This document shows, piece after piece, positions 35,583-46,656 of a stretch of 64,000 nt of DNA. The stretch is taken from positions 128,001-192,000 of the forward strand of contig JBGANV010000001.1 of NCBI GenBank assembly GCA_044222185.1, written 5' to 3'. Every line of letters starts with the position of its first letter. The first letter of the stretch is position 1. A model generated the notes under the pieces. It worked only from the letters and a program-made list of their open reading frames with translations. It was not told the DNA's origin and made no database searches. The stretch comes from Planctomycetota bacterium. Its GTDB lineage: Bacteria; Planctomycetota; GCA-002687715; CAIWVZ01. The position numbers and the translations under genes are program-made.

Positions 35583-37454
35583 ATGAAGCGCGAAGAGGCG
35601 ATCCAGCAGTCCGCCGTTCACGAGTGGGGTGAGTCCTACTTCTCCATCGACGAGAGCGGTTTCGTGTGCGTCCGACCCAAGCAGTCGGACGAGCTCTCCG
35701 TCCGGCTCGTGGATGTGGTCGAGGAACTGCGCCGCCGCGGTTTCCGGTCACCGTTCCTGCTGCGGTTCCCTCAGATACTGCGGCACCGCGTTGCTCGCCT
35801 GAACGAGGCGTTCGCGGCGGCGATCAAGGAGTTCGACTATCCGAAGCACTATCAGGGCGTGCTGCCGGTCAAGGTGAACCAGCAGCGCGTGGTCGTCGAG
35901 GCCGTGGTGGAGGAGAGCGCCACCTATCGGTACGGACTCGAGGCTGGGAGCAAGGGCGAGCTCGTTCTCGCATTGACGATGACGCTCCATCCGGACGCGC
36001 TCATCATCTGCAACGGCTTCAAAGACCGCGACTACATCGAGCTCGCGCTTCGCGGATCACTCGCCGGGACGCAGGTCGTGCTCATCTCCGAGACGATCCA
36101 CGAGGTTCGCGAGGTCGTTGCGATCGCAAAGGACGTAGGGATCCGTCCGCGGATCGGGTTCCGCGCGCGCCTGCACAGCGCTGGCGTAGGCAAATGGCAG
36201 GATTCGGGGGGCTCACACGCGAAGTTCGGCCTCTCCACCTCGGAGCTGCTCGAAGCCCTGAACTTCCTCCAGGAGGTCGGCTACCTCGATTGCGTCGCCT
36301 GCCTCCACTTCCACATCGGGTCGCAGATCTGCGACATTCGCGCCGTGAAGGAGGCCGTGAAGGAGGCGACGCGCCTCTACTGCCATGTGAAACGCCGCGC
36401 GCCATCGTTGTACTTTCTCGATCTGGGCGGCGGCCTCGGCGTCGACTATGACGGAACGAGCACGAGCACGGACTGGAGCCTCAACTACACGATGGAAGGC
36501 TACTGCCGTGACGCGGTCTACAACGTGAAGATGATCTGCGACCAGGAGGAAGTCGATCCACCGATCCTCGTGACTGAGAGCGGGCGTTCGGTCCTCGCGT
36601 ACCACGCGGTAACCGTGGTGACGCCGCTGAAGGTCATCGGTCGGACGCCCCAGGCGCCTCCACCGGTGCTGCCGCCTGAAGCCTGTCACCAGGTCCGCGA
36701 GCTCAAGTCCACGCTCGAAGAACTGCGGAAGAACAACTGCCGCGAGCTGATCAACGACGGCCGGGCGCTGCACGCCGAACTCATCTCCGGGTTCAAGCTC
36801 GGCTTCGTCACGCTCGAAGATCGAGCGGCGGGGGAGGCGCTGTTCGTGGACCTCTGCATCAAGGCGCTTCAGATCTGGGATCGCGCCGACGCCTCCGACG
36901 AGGAGCTCCGGGAGCTCGAAGAGATGACGGCCCCGCGGTTCGTCTGCAATTTCTCGATCTTCCAGAGCGTTCCCGACACGTGGGCGTTCCGGCAGGTCTT
37001 CCCGGTCCTGCCGCTGGCGCGGATGCTCGAGGATCCGATCACCCATGCCACCGTGGGCGACATCACGTGCGACTCCGACGGGCGCATCGACGAATTCGTG
37101 GGCAATTGCGGACTGCGACGGACGCTCCCGCTCCCGACGTTGAACGTCGACGAGCCCTTCCACATCGGGATCTTCCTCGTGGGCGCGTATCAGGACACGC
37201 TCGGCGATTACCACAACCTCTTCGGTGCGGCGAACGAGGCGGCCGTCATCGTGAACGAGGGCGGATCGTTCAACGTCGTCCACCAGTATCGTGGGACGAC
37301 CGTGGCCGAGGCGCTGGAAGCCTTCGGCTACCAGCTCTCGATGTTGCGCGCGCGATTCGACGAACGCTATGGCGGAGACGACTCCGTGGACATGGTCCGC
37401 TACCGGGACTGTTTCATGCGGATCGTGTCGTCAGGCACCTACCTGAAGCGCTGA
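35583..37454 (+). CDS. speA: Biosynthetic arginine decarboxylase
   Basis: WGESYF, LRFPQIL, PVKVNQ (PLP Lys), GLEAGSK, ICNGFKD, KFGL, HFHIGSQ, GGGLGVDYDG, TESGR, DITCDSDG, GAYQ..LGDYHNLFG. Alternative start 35571. Confidence 0.95.
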   Translation: MKREEAIQQSAVHEWGESYFSIDESGFVCVRPKQSDELSVRLVDVVEELRRRGFRSPFLLRFPQILRHRVARLNEAFAAAIKEFDYPKHYQGVLPVKVNQQRVVVEAVVEESATYRYGLEAGSKGELVLALTMTLHPDALIICNGFKDRDYIELALRGSLAGTQVVLISETIHEVREVVAIAKDVGIRPRIGFRARLHSAGVGKWQDSGGSHAKFGLSTSELLEALNFLQEVGYLDCVACLHFHIGSQICDIRAVKEAVKEATRLYCHVKRRAPSLYFLDLGGGLGVDYDGTSTSTDWSLNYTMEGYCRDAVYNVKMICDQEEVDPPILVTESGRSVLAYHAVTVVTPLKVIGRTPQAPPPVLPPEACHQVRELKSTLEELRKNNCRELINDGRALHAELISGFKLGFVTLEDRAAGEALFVDLCIKALQIWDRADASDEELRELEEMTAPRFVCNFSIFQSVPDTWAFRQVFPVLPLARMLEDPITHATVGDITCDSDGRIDEFVGNCGLRRTLPLPTLNVDEPFHIGIFLVGAYQDTLGDYHNLFGAANEAAVIVNEGGSFNVVHQYRGTTVAEALEAFGYQLSMLRARFDERYGGDDSVDMVRYRDCFMRIVSSGTYLKR

Positions 37455-37455
37455 T

Positions 37456-39327
37456 TCACATGCGATCGACCATCGCGATTCCGAGGAGCGCGCACCCGCG
37501 CTCCAGGACGTTCGCCGTGGCGGAGGAGATCAGCAGCCGGGAGTGCTTCAACGCATCCGGCGTCGCACGGAGCACCGGCACCTCCTGGTAGTAGGCGTTG
37601 TAGGCCTGCGCGAGGTCATGCAGATAGGTGCAGACGACGGCAGGACTGAACTCGGCCGCGGCTCGGGCCGTCGCACGGTTGAAGCGCAACAACGCCCGGG
37701 CGAGTGCCACCTCCGTCGGGGCCCCGAGCAAGGTCGGATCGAAGTTTCCGACCGCCGATTTCAGGTCGAGTCCCGAGTCGCGGAGCATCCGCCGGATTCT
37801 CGCGAACGTGTAGAGGATGTACGGCCCGGTGTCCCCGTCGAACGACACGGACTCCTTCGGGTTGTAGACCATCGTGCTCACCGGGTTCACCTTGAGCAGC
37901 ATGAAACGGAGCGCCGCGAGCGCAATCTTTTCGGAGCGCGCAGACAACTCGTCGGTCGTGACCTCCGGGTCTCGGTTCTTGATCTCGTCCTTCGCGAGCG
38001 CAGACACCTCGTCCAGGAGGTCGTCCGCATCCACGACAGTGCCTTCCCGTGACTTCATCCGTCCTTCGGGGAGGTTCACGAGTCCGTAGGCCAGATGGTG
38101 GCAGCCCTTCGCCCACGGGTAACCCATGAGCTCCAGGATCTTGAAGAGGACCTTGAAGTGGTGCTTTTGCTCGTCGGCGACGACCCAGGTCTGTCCGTCG
38201 GCATTCCACTGTTCGGCCTTCTGTACCGTCGTCCCGATGTCCTGCGTGATGTAGACCGACGTGCCGTCCGAGCGCAGCACGACCTTCTTGCCGAGCCCGT
38301 GCGCCGACAGGTCGATCTCGACCGCGCCGTCAGCGCGCTTCTGGAATATGCCACGCTCGAGCGCGTCCAGGATGAGGTCTCGCCCGAGCTTGTACGTCTC
38401 GCTTTCGAGGTAGATCCGGTCGAATGCGATCCCGAGTCTCGCGTACGTCTCGTTGAACCCGTCGAACACCCACCCGTTCATCGTCTTCCAGAGATTCACC
38501 GTCGCGGGATCGCCACGTTCCCATTGCCGCAACATCTCCTGCGCCGCCGCTCCGAGCGGGATCTTCCCGAAGCCTTCCTCCTTGAACGACGATCGCCACT
38601 CCTTCGCGACCTCTTCGACGGGGCGCGGCTGCCCCTTGCGGTCGACGGCATGCGTGCGGACGTACTCGTCTCGCTCGGCCTCGTGAGTTGCGACGTACTC
38701 GTCGACCTCCTTCTGGAACGCCTTCTCGAACTCGACGTAGAAGCGTCCGACGAGGTGGTCGCCCTTCGTCCCCGACGTTTGGGGCGTCACGCCGTTGCCG
38801 AACCGCTGGTACGCGAGCATCGACTTGCAGATGTGGATGCCGCGATCGTTGATGAGGTTCACCTTCGTCACGTTCGCGCCCGCGTTCGCGAGCAGTCGCG
38901 AGACGGAGTCGCCGAGGAAGTTGTTGCGCAGGTGCCCCAGGTGCTGCGGCTTGTTCGTGTTCGGTGCCGAAAACTCGACGAGAAGGCGCCGCCCGTCGCA
39001 AACCGAGTTGCGGCCGGCCGCCGTTGCATCGAGCACTGCCGCTGGGATGGCCGAGCGGAAGAGGGCCGCGCGGTCGACGGTGACGTTCACGTAACCCGAG
39101 ACGGCCGTCGCCGCGATGATCGAACCTCGGCCCACGAGCCTCGGTGCCAACTCGGCGGCGAGAATCGGCGGCGCCTTTCGAAGCGATTTCGCCAGATGAA
39201 AGCAATTGACGGTGAAGTCACCGAAGGACGCGTCCTCGGGAAACTCGACCGAGATCGCGGGCACTTCAGCGCCCGTCATTTCCTTCAGCGCCGCGCGCGC
39301 GGTCTGCCCGATTTCGTCGATGATCAT
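37456..39327 (-). CDS. argS: Arginine--tRNA ligase
   Basis: EFSAPNTNKPQHLGHLRN (HIGH), NDRGIHICK, RSDGTSVYITQD, MKSREG, GDTGPYILY, C-terminal DRM. Confidence 0.96.
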   Translation of the reverse strand: MIIDEIGQTARAALKEMTGAEVPAISVEFPEDASFGDFTVNCFHLAKSLRKAPPILAAELAPRLVGRGSIIAATAVSGYVNVTVDRAALFRSAIPAAVLDATAAGRNSVCDGRRLLVEFSAPNTNKPQHLGHLRNNFLGDSVSRLLANAGANVTKVNLINDRGIHICKSMLAYQRFGNGVTPQTSGTKGDHLVGRFYVEFEKAFQKEVDEYVATHEAERDEYVRTHAVDRKGQPRPVEEVAKEWRSSFKEEGFGKIPLGAAAQEMLRQWERGDPATVNLWKTMNGWVFDGFNETYARLGIAFDRIYLESETYKLGRDLILDALERGIFQKRADGAVEIDLSAHGLGKKVVLRSDGTSVYITQDIGTTVQKAEQWNADGQTWVVADEQKHHFKVLFKILELMGYPWAKGCHHLAYGLVNLPEGRMKSREGTVVDADDLLDEVSALAKDEIKNRDPEVTTDELSARSEKIALAALRFMLLKVNPVSTMVYNPKESVSFDGDTGPYILYTFARIRRMLRDSGLDLKSAVGNFDPTLLGAPTEVALARALLRFNRATARAAAEFSPAVVCTYLHDLAQAYNAYYQEVPVLRATPDALKHSRLLISSATANVLERGCALLGIAMVDRM

Positions 39328-39369
39328 GTGTTGTTCGCTCGTCCCTGCGACGGTTGGCTCGGTCGCGAA

Positions 39370-39387
39370 GGCCGGTATTCTACGGCC
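39370..39387. promoter_or_regulatory. Putative bidirectional -10 between argS and the amidinotransferase gene
   Basis: TATTCTA reads TATTCT on plus and TAGAAT on minus; flanked by GGCCG/CGGCC. Confidence 0.4.
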
Positions 39388-39412
39388 GCACTTCGAGCCA
39401 AGAAGGAGCCTG

Positions 39413-40309
39413 ATGACGCTCGTGTCCAGCGACGAACGCTCCGTGATCATGACCGCGCCACGGCGGTCAGAGCCACGTCGCGTGCTCATGTGCAGTCCCG
39501 AATCCTTCGACGTCGCGTACGCGATCAACCCCCACATGCGTGACGAGAACGGCGACCTGCAGCGGGTCGACGCGCACGCAGCCCGGGCGCAATGGGAAGC
39601 CCTGCGTCGGGCCTACGGATCGCTTGGGCTCGCCGTCGACGTGATCCCCGGTGTTCCTGGCTTGCCCGACATGGTGTTCGCCGCCAACCAGACCCTCCCG
39701 TTTCGCACTAAAACCGGGTCTCCCGCGGTCCTCCTGTCGAACATGCACCACGAGGAACGACGACCAGAGGTCGCCCATTTCGCCGCCTGGTTCAAGGCCC
39801 GCGGGTTCGACGTTCGATCCCTACCTCGTGAAGCCGTCGGTGATTTCGAAGGGAATGGCGATGTGCTCTGGTTCCCCGGGCGCGAGGTCGTCTTCGGAGG
39901 GTTCGGTTACCGGACGTCGCGTTCTGCGCTCGCGTCGATCGCCGACGTCATCGAGAGACCGTTGATCCCGCTCGAACTCGTGGACCCGCGCTTCTACCAC
40001 CTGGACACGTGTCTGTGCCCGCTCGATTCATCCCGAGCACTCGCCGTGCGCGACGCCTTCACTGCGGCCTCCTGGGCCGTGCTCGAGGCCTGTTTCGAGA
40101 CCTTGATCGAGCCACCGCTGAACGAATGTGCGGCATCCTTTGCCTGCAACGGGCATTGCCCCGACGGCCAGAACGTCGTCATCGACCTCAGTGCGACGGC
40201 GACGATCGCGCGTCTTCGAGGGTTGGGGTTCACGCCACACCCCGTCGACACGTCCGAGTTCCGCAAGTCGGGGGGATCCGTGTTCTGCCTGAAGATGATG
40301 TTCGACTGA
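39413..40309 (+). CDS. Amidinotransferase/pentein-superfamily enzyme (arginine dihydrolase ArgZ-N / DDAH-like)
   Basis: AAGGAG SD; LMCSP..F.V.YAINP.M, PDMVFAAN, ER..E, FEGNGD, FYHLDTC, FACN, SEFRKSGGSVFC. Confidence 0.88.
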   Translation: MTLVSSDERSVIMTAPRRSEPRRVLMCSPESFDVAYAINPHMRDENGDLQRVDAHAARAQWEALRRAYGSLGLAVDVIPGVPGLPDMVFAANQTLPFRTKTGSPAVLLSNMHHEERRPEVAHFAAWFKARGFDVRSLPREAVGDFEGNGDVLWFPGREVVFGGFGYRTSRSALASIADVIERPLIPLELVDPRFYHLDTCLCPLDSSRALAVRDAFTAASWAVLEACFETLIEPPLNECAASFACNGHCPDGQNVVIDLSATATIARLRGLGFTPHPVDTSEFRKSGGSVFCLKMMFD

Positions 40310-40330
40310 CCGCGAAGGGACGCCGGAAAC

Positions 40331-41191
40331 ATGAAGGATTTCAGAAGCCACGACACCTGGATGGTCTTCAAGATCATGGGCGAGTTCGTGGAAGGGTTCG
40401 AGACGCTGCGCCGGCTCGGCCCGGCCGTCTCGATCTTCGGTGGCGCCCGTTTCGGGGAAACCGACCCGCACTACCGGATGGCCGTCGACATCGCGGAGCG
40501 CGTCGCGCGCGCCGGCTACGCGATCATCACTGGTGGGGGACCGGGGGTCATGGAAGCCGCGAACCGCGGAGCGTCGCTCGCCGGCGCGAAGTCCGTGGGG
40601 CTGAACATCAAGCTCCCGTTCGAACAGGGGGCGAACAAGTTCGCGAACACGAAGGTCGAGTTCGACTACTTCTTCGCCCGTAAGGTGATGTTCATCCGTT
40701 ACGCCCAGGCATACATCTGCCTGCCGGGCGGATTCGGCACGCTCGACGAGGTCTTCGAAGCCCTCACACTGATCCAGACCGCCAAGATCCGGAACTTCCC
40801 CGTCATCCTCGTGGGACGGACGTTCTGGCGTGGGTTGCTGGATTGGATCGACTCGACGCTGGTCCCCCTCAAGACGATCAGCCCGGACGATCGCGCGATC
40901 TACACCGTCGTCGACACCGCTGAGGAGGTCCTGGAGGTCATCCGGCAAAGCCGCATGAGGACGCGCCGAGAGCTCCGGCGTGGAGGCTCCGACCGGGAGA
41001 TCCGCCCGGGCCTGGAGACGGGTCCGCGCGAACCGACGAACGGCTCAGCGGAGGCGGATCCTGGCGTCGGGTTCGGTTTGGGTCCCGCAGCTGCGGCTTC
41101 AGCCGAGCCGGTCGACGCGCCGCCCGATCCGGGCGCCGCCAACCTCCGCGTGAAGCGCACGCGGGCGCGTCGCGGCGCCGGCCGACGCTGA
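40331..41191 (+). CDS. LOG family protein (TIGR00730, Rossmann fold)
   Basis: ITGGGPGVMEAANRGA, GLNIKLPFEQ, YFFARKVMF, PGGFGTLDE; low-complexity tail. Confidence 0.92.
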   Translation: MKDFRSHDTWMVFKIMGEFVEGFETLRRLGPAVSIFGGARFGETDPHYRMAVDIAERVARAGYAIITGGGPGVMEAANRGASLAGAKSVGLNIKLPFEQGANKFANTKVEFDYFFARKVMFIRYAQAYICLPGGFGTLDEVFEALTLIQTAKIRNFPVILVGRTFWRGLLDWIDSTLVPLKTISPDDRAIYTVVDTAEEVLEVIRQSRMRTRRELRRGGSDREIRPGLETGPREPTNGSAEADPGVGFGLGPAAAASAEPVDAPPDPGAANLRVKRTRARRGAGRR

Positions 41192-41305
41192 ACGAATCTT
41201 GAACGGGGGGGCGCAACCCGACAGAGTAGCCGCCGCGCGCGAGCAGCAGTCCTTGGAGACGTAGCCAGGACCGCGCGGGTTTCCGCCCTCACTCCGGTGC
41301 CCTAC

Positions 41306-43138
<1,833 letters not shown>

Positions 43139-43292
43139 GCGAGACTTCCGCGGGCGCGCCGTGGTCTGAGTTGCGGTCGCGGATCGTGCCGCCGTGTCGC
43201 ATGCGCGCCCAGCGCGCGGCGCTGTCGTCGCTCGCCGAGCAGCGGACCCGCACCCCGACTTCGCGCAGGTGGTCGGTGGCCGGCGACTCGCC

Positions 43293-43733
43293 CTACGCGC
43301 CTGAGGTTGGTTCGCGGTTCATCTCCGCTGGTGCCGCCGTCTTGCGCACGGACCACCGGCTGCGCTTCCAGGCGAGGGCCAGCGCGGCGATGCTGACATA
43401 CCAACCCTCCATCGGGGGCGCTGGACGCGTGGCGTCGAGCTGCATTTTCGTCATGAGGCAGAGGTAGACGATTCCGAACAGCACGAGAGCGGGCTGTGAC
43501 AGGAGGGCGCCACCCTTTCGCGGGCGATTGGCCACCAGGCGGAACCCCACGGCCACAGCGAACGACGCGACGGCGGCCAGGACTGCAGTGAACGACCATT
43601 CGAGTTGCACTCGGGCCGTCGCCTGGCGAACGCACAGCCCCAGCATCCCGAAGCCGACGCCGAGTGCGAGCAGCCCACAGACGACACCGAGCGGTCGGGG
43701 CAGGGGTGAGGGCGCGTCCAGTCGATGGAACAC
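43293..43733 (-). CDS. Small hypothetical membrane protein (about 4 TM)
   Basis: GAGGG SD before GTG 43733; four hydrophobic stretches; fills the typA-gdhA gap. Confidence 0.5.
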   Translation of the reverse strand: MFHRLDAPSPLPRPLGVVCGLLALGVGFGMLGLCVRQATARVQLEWSFTAVLAAVASFAVAVGFRLVANRPRKGGALLSQPALVLFGIVYLCLMTKMQLDATRPAPPMEGWYVSIAALALAWKRSRWSVRKTAAPAEMNREPTSGA

Positions 43734-43808
43734 GGCGGTGCCCTCGTTGGGGTGTCCGGAGCCGCGCGAAGGAGAGGTGGAGGAACCTGAAGTCCCCGTG
43801 GGGGTCAT

Positions 43809-43839
43809 CGGCGAGACGCCTCGATGGAACGTCTCGCCG
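43809..43839 (-). terminator. GC-rich hairpin downstream of gdhA
   Basis: CGGCGAGACG-N11-CGTCTCGCCG perfect 10-bp stem; no U tract. Confidence 0.4.
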
Positions 43840-43890
43840 GAGCGGATCGAGCCGAGGACGCGCAGCCGCGGCGGCCGGCGCGTCAGTCGA

Positions 43891-45189
43891 TCACGGGAAG
43901 ATGCCGCGAGCCTTGTAGGCGTCGCCGATGCGCTGGATCGCCACGCAGTACGCGGCCGTGCGCATGTCCACGCGCTTGTCCTTCGACATCTTGACGACCT
44001 TGCCGTAGGCCGTGAGGAGCATGTCCTTCAGCTTGCGGTCGATCTCGTCCAGGTGCCAGTACTGCGAGGCGCGGTTCTGGGCCCACTCGAAGAACGACAC
44101 GATCACGCCGCCCGAGTTGGCGAGGATGTCCGGGATCACGTCGATCCCGCGGCGCGCGAGCTCGCGCTCGCCGAGCGGCGTCGTTGGGCCGTTGGCGCCC
44201 TCGACGACGATCTTCGCCTTGATCAGCGGCGCCGTCTTTCCCGTCACCTGGTTCTCGATGGCGGCTGGCACCATCACGTCGCAGTCCACGCCCCAGAACG
44301 TCTCGGGCGTGATGTCCTCGCCGCCGGCGAAGCCCGGGAGACGTCCCGTGGAGGCCGTGTGCCGGCGCAGCGCGGCCACGTCGATCCCGCGCGCATTCAT
44401 GATCGCGCCGGTGTGATCGTGGATCGCCACGACCTTGGCGCCCATCTCGGAGATGATCGCCGCCGTGAACGAGCCCACGTTGCCGAAGCCCTGAACGGCG
44501 ACGCGAAGATCGGAGAGCTTGTGTCCGTGGTCCTTCGCCCACTGCTCGATGATGAGGCAGACGCCCTGGCCCGTGGCCTTCTCGCGTCCTTCCGAGCCGC
44601 CACAGGCGAGGCTCTTGCCCGTCACGACGCCGCGCCCGCGCGTCCGATCGACGGAGGCGACGGTGTTCGTGAACGTGTCCATCATCCAGTCCATCGTCTG
44701 GGAATTCGTCCCGACGTCGGGGGCTGGGATGTCGTAGTCCGGTCCGATGTTCGTCCCGAGGGCGTACGTGAAGCGCCGCGTCAGGCGCATGTTCTCTTCC
44801 TTCGACAACGTCGTCGGGCGAACGTTCACACCGCCCTTCGCGCCGCCGTATGGAAGTCCGGCGAGAGACGTCTTCCAGGTCATCCACGCCGCGAGCGCCT
44901 TCACCTCCTCGAGGTTGACGTCGTGGTGGTAGCGGATGCCTCCCTTGTACGGGCCGAGGATGTTGTTGTGCTGGATCCGGTAGCCGGTGAACAGGCGGTA
45001 TGAACCGTCATCCATCCGCACCGGGAAGTTCACGATGATCTCGCTCTTCGGCTGACCGAGGATCGTTCGGATCGCCGGATCGAGTTCGATTGCGTCGGCT
45101 GCGCGCTGGAACTGCGCGGACGCCATCTCGTACAGGTTTAGGTGTTGCTCAGTCTGCCCGGCCTGGGCTGGGGTGCGGGACTCTGACAT
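43891..45189 (-). CDS. gdhA: Glu/Leu/Phe/Val dehydrogenase (glutamate dehydrogenase)
   Basis: GPYKGGIRY, MTWK, GGAKGG, DIPAPDVGT, VVTGK, ATGQG, QGFGNVG, EGANGP, NSGGVIVS. Confidence 0.93.
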   Translation of the reverse strand: MSESRTPAQAGQTEQHLNLYEMASAQFQRAADAIELDPAIRTILGQPKSEIIVNFPVRMDDGSYRLFTGYRIQHNNILGPYKGGIRYHHDVNLEEVKALAAWMTWKTSLAGLPYGGAKGGVNVRPTTLSKEENMRLTRRFTYALGTNIGPDYDIPAPDVGTNSQTMDWMMDTFTNTVASVDRTRGRGVVTGKSLACGGSEGREKATGQGVCLIIEQWAKDHGHKLSDLRVAVQGFGNVGSFTAAIISEMGAKVVAIHDHTGAIMNARGIDVAALRRHTASTGRLPGFAGGEDITPETFWGVDCDVMVPAAIENQVTGKTAPLIKAKIVVEGANGPTTPLGERELARRGIDVIPDILANSGGVIVSFFEWAQNRASQYWHLDEIDRKLKDMLLTAYGKVVKMSKDKRVDMRTAAYCVAIQRIGDAYKARGIFP

Positions 45190-45354
45190 GCGAGTTGGCT
45201 CCGGAAATTCGGGCGGGAGTCCGTGAAGGAATCGCGACTCGGCCCTAGGACGAGAGTGCGTTCGTGATATGTCCCGAGCTCGATTTCGGCAAGTGGCGAG
45301 TGTCCGTCGGCGCGTCGTGCGCGGGTGATCTCAACGTCCTGATTTCTCACACCC

Positions 45355-45384
45355 TTGACAGCTTTCCCGTGTTCCCCATAGAGT
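45355..45384 (+). promoter_or_regulatory. Sigma70-type promoter upstream of the parvulin gene
   Basis: TTGACA-N18-TAGAGT. Confidence 0.55.
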
Positions 45385-45456
45385 CTTCGCCGTCTGGGGC
45401 CGGCGACGTCTTCACCTCGCCATCAATCGAGTCCTCCCCATTTCGACGTCAAGAGC

Positions 45457-46212
45457 ATGACCCTTCCAAGCGCGCACGCGGTGCGACGACTGTCGCCCGC
45501 AGCATTGTGTCTGCTGGTGTTCGTCCAGGCTTGCGGCAAACCGGCCGAGGTCACGATCGTCGCCCCGCCGCCGCAGCCAGGGATCGTCGCCTGTTTCCCC
45601 GACTCAGGTCCCATCGCGTTCAGCGTGAACGGCGTCCTCGTCCCGGAAGCGACGATCACTCGCCTTGCGGGCTTCGTTCGCGAGATCAACTCGGCGTACT
45701 CGGATGATCAGGCCAAGGAGGTCGCGATCACGGAAGCCGTGATTCCGACCGCCGTCGTCTACGCTGCCGCACAGGATCGCATCGCCGAATGGTCCAAGCG
45801 TGTCCAGGACGTCCGCAACCGCCTTTCCGCTGGCGCGGACCTGGCCGACGTCGCGAAGGCCGAGTCGGCGTGTCCGTCAAAGGAGAAGGGCGGCGACCTG
45901 GGCAGCTTCACGCGAGACAAGATGGTCCTCCCATTCTCCGAGGCGACCTTTCACGCGGAGGTGGGCGCGATCTCGGGACCCGTCGTCACGGTCTTCGGCG
46001 CGCACGTCTTCAAGGTGACGTCCAAGACCGACGGCTCCAGCGCGGCCCAAGATCAGCGCCGCGTCTCGCACGTTCTGATTCCCTTCGATGCCGCGGCGAT
46101 CAAGGATGCCGCGGCCTACGGCAAGGCCCTCGAGGACCTGAAGCGGACAGCCCGCGTCGAGGTCAAGAAGGACGCCTACAAGAAACTGGTCCCTGCGAAC
46201 TACAGGCGCTGA
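45457..46212 (+). CDS. Parvulin-type peptidyl-prolyl isomerase lipoprotein (PrsA/SurA-like)
   Basis: Lipobox VQA-C; SACPSKEKGGDLG, MVLPFSEA, GPVVTVFGAHVFKV. Confidence 0.85.
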   Translation: MTLPSAHAVRRLSPAALCLLVFVQACGKPAEVTIVAPPPQPGIVACFPDSGPIAFSVNGVLVPEATITRLAGFVREINSAYSDDQAKEVAITEAVIPTAVVYAAAQDRIAEWSKRVQDVRNRLSAGADLADVAKAESACPSKEKGGDLGSFTRDKMVLPFSEATFHAEVGAISGPVVTVFGAHVFKVTSKTDGSSAAQDQRRVSHVLIPFDAAAIKDAAAYGKALEDLKRTARVEVKKDAYKKLVPANYRR

Positions 46213-46656
46213 GGTCGAACGAGGCGCGCGTCTCCAGGGAGCGTTCCCACCGAACGCCGGCGGATCGCCGTCTGGACTCGGTGCGGCGGAAGACCGACTT
46301 TTTGTGAGACACTCGAAATCTTTGGGGCTTGCGGCTGATGTGGTCGATGGTATATCTCGTCCACGTCGGCGCGGCTGCACTGCTGCGTCGGAAGCGCGAG
46401 CTTCATCTGCCCCGCACGGTTCTGACGCGGGGCCGCGGATCCAAGATGTCGCCATGGCCCATGGCCGCGACGCTGCGATCCGCTCCAGTTCCTTCGCCTG
46501 GGACCTGTCTTGTTGGCGCATGGCGCGCCTTGCTCGGTCCCATGGCAATACGCGAACTGGCTTTCTCGGGCTCTTTCTTGCGCACCGAGCGCGAGTGCAT
46601 TCGGGACGACCCGGGTGCCCTCGCACGGCGCAAGTGTTTCAGGAGACTGGCTGACC

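Noticed and set aside
38560-38720. Charged insertion with a DEYVATH/DEYVRTH mini-duplication in ArgS
   Set aside because: Falls in a length-variable region of ArgRS; no evidence of an intein or a separate function.
46505-46535. Possible sigma54 -24/-12 promoter (TGGCGC...TTGC) in the rho leader
   Set aside because: GG-to-GC spacing is 2 nt too short; the sequence is better explained as part of a hairpin.
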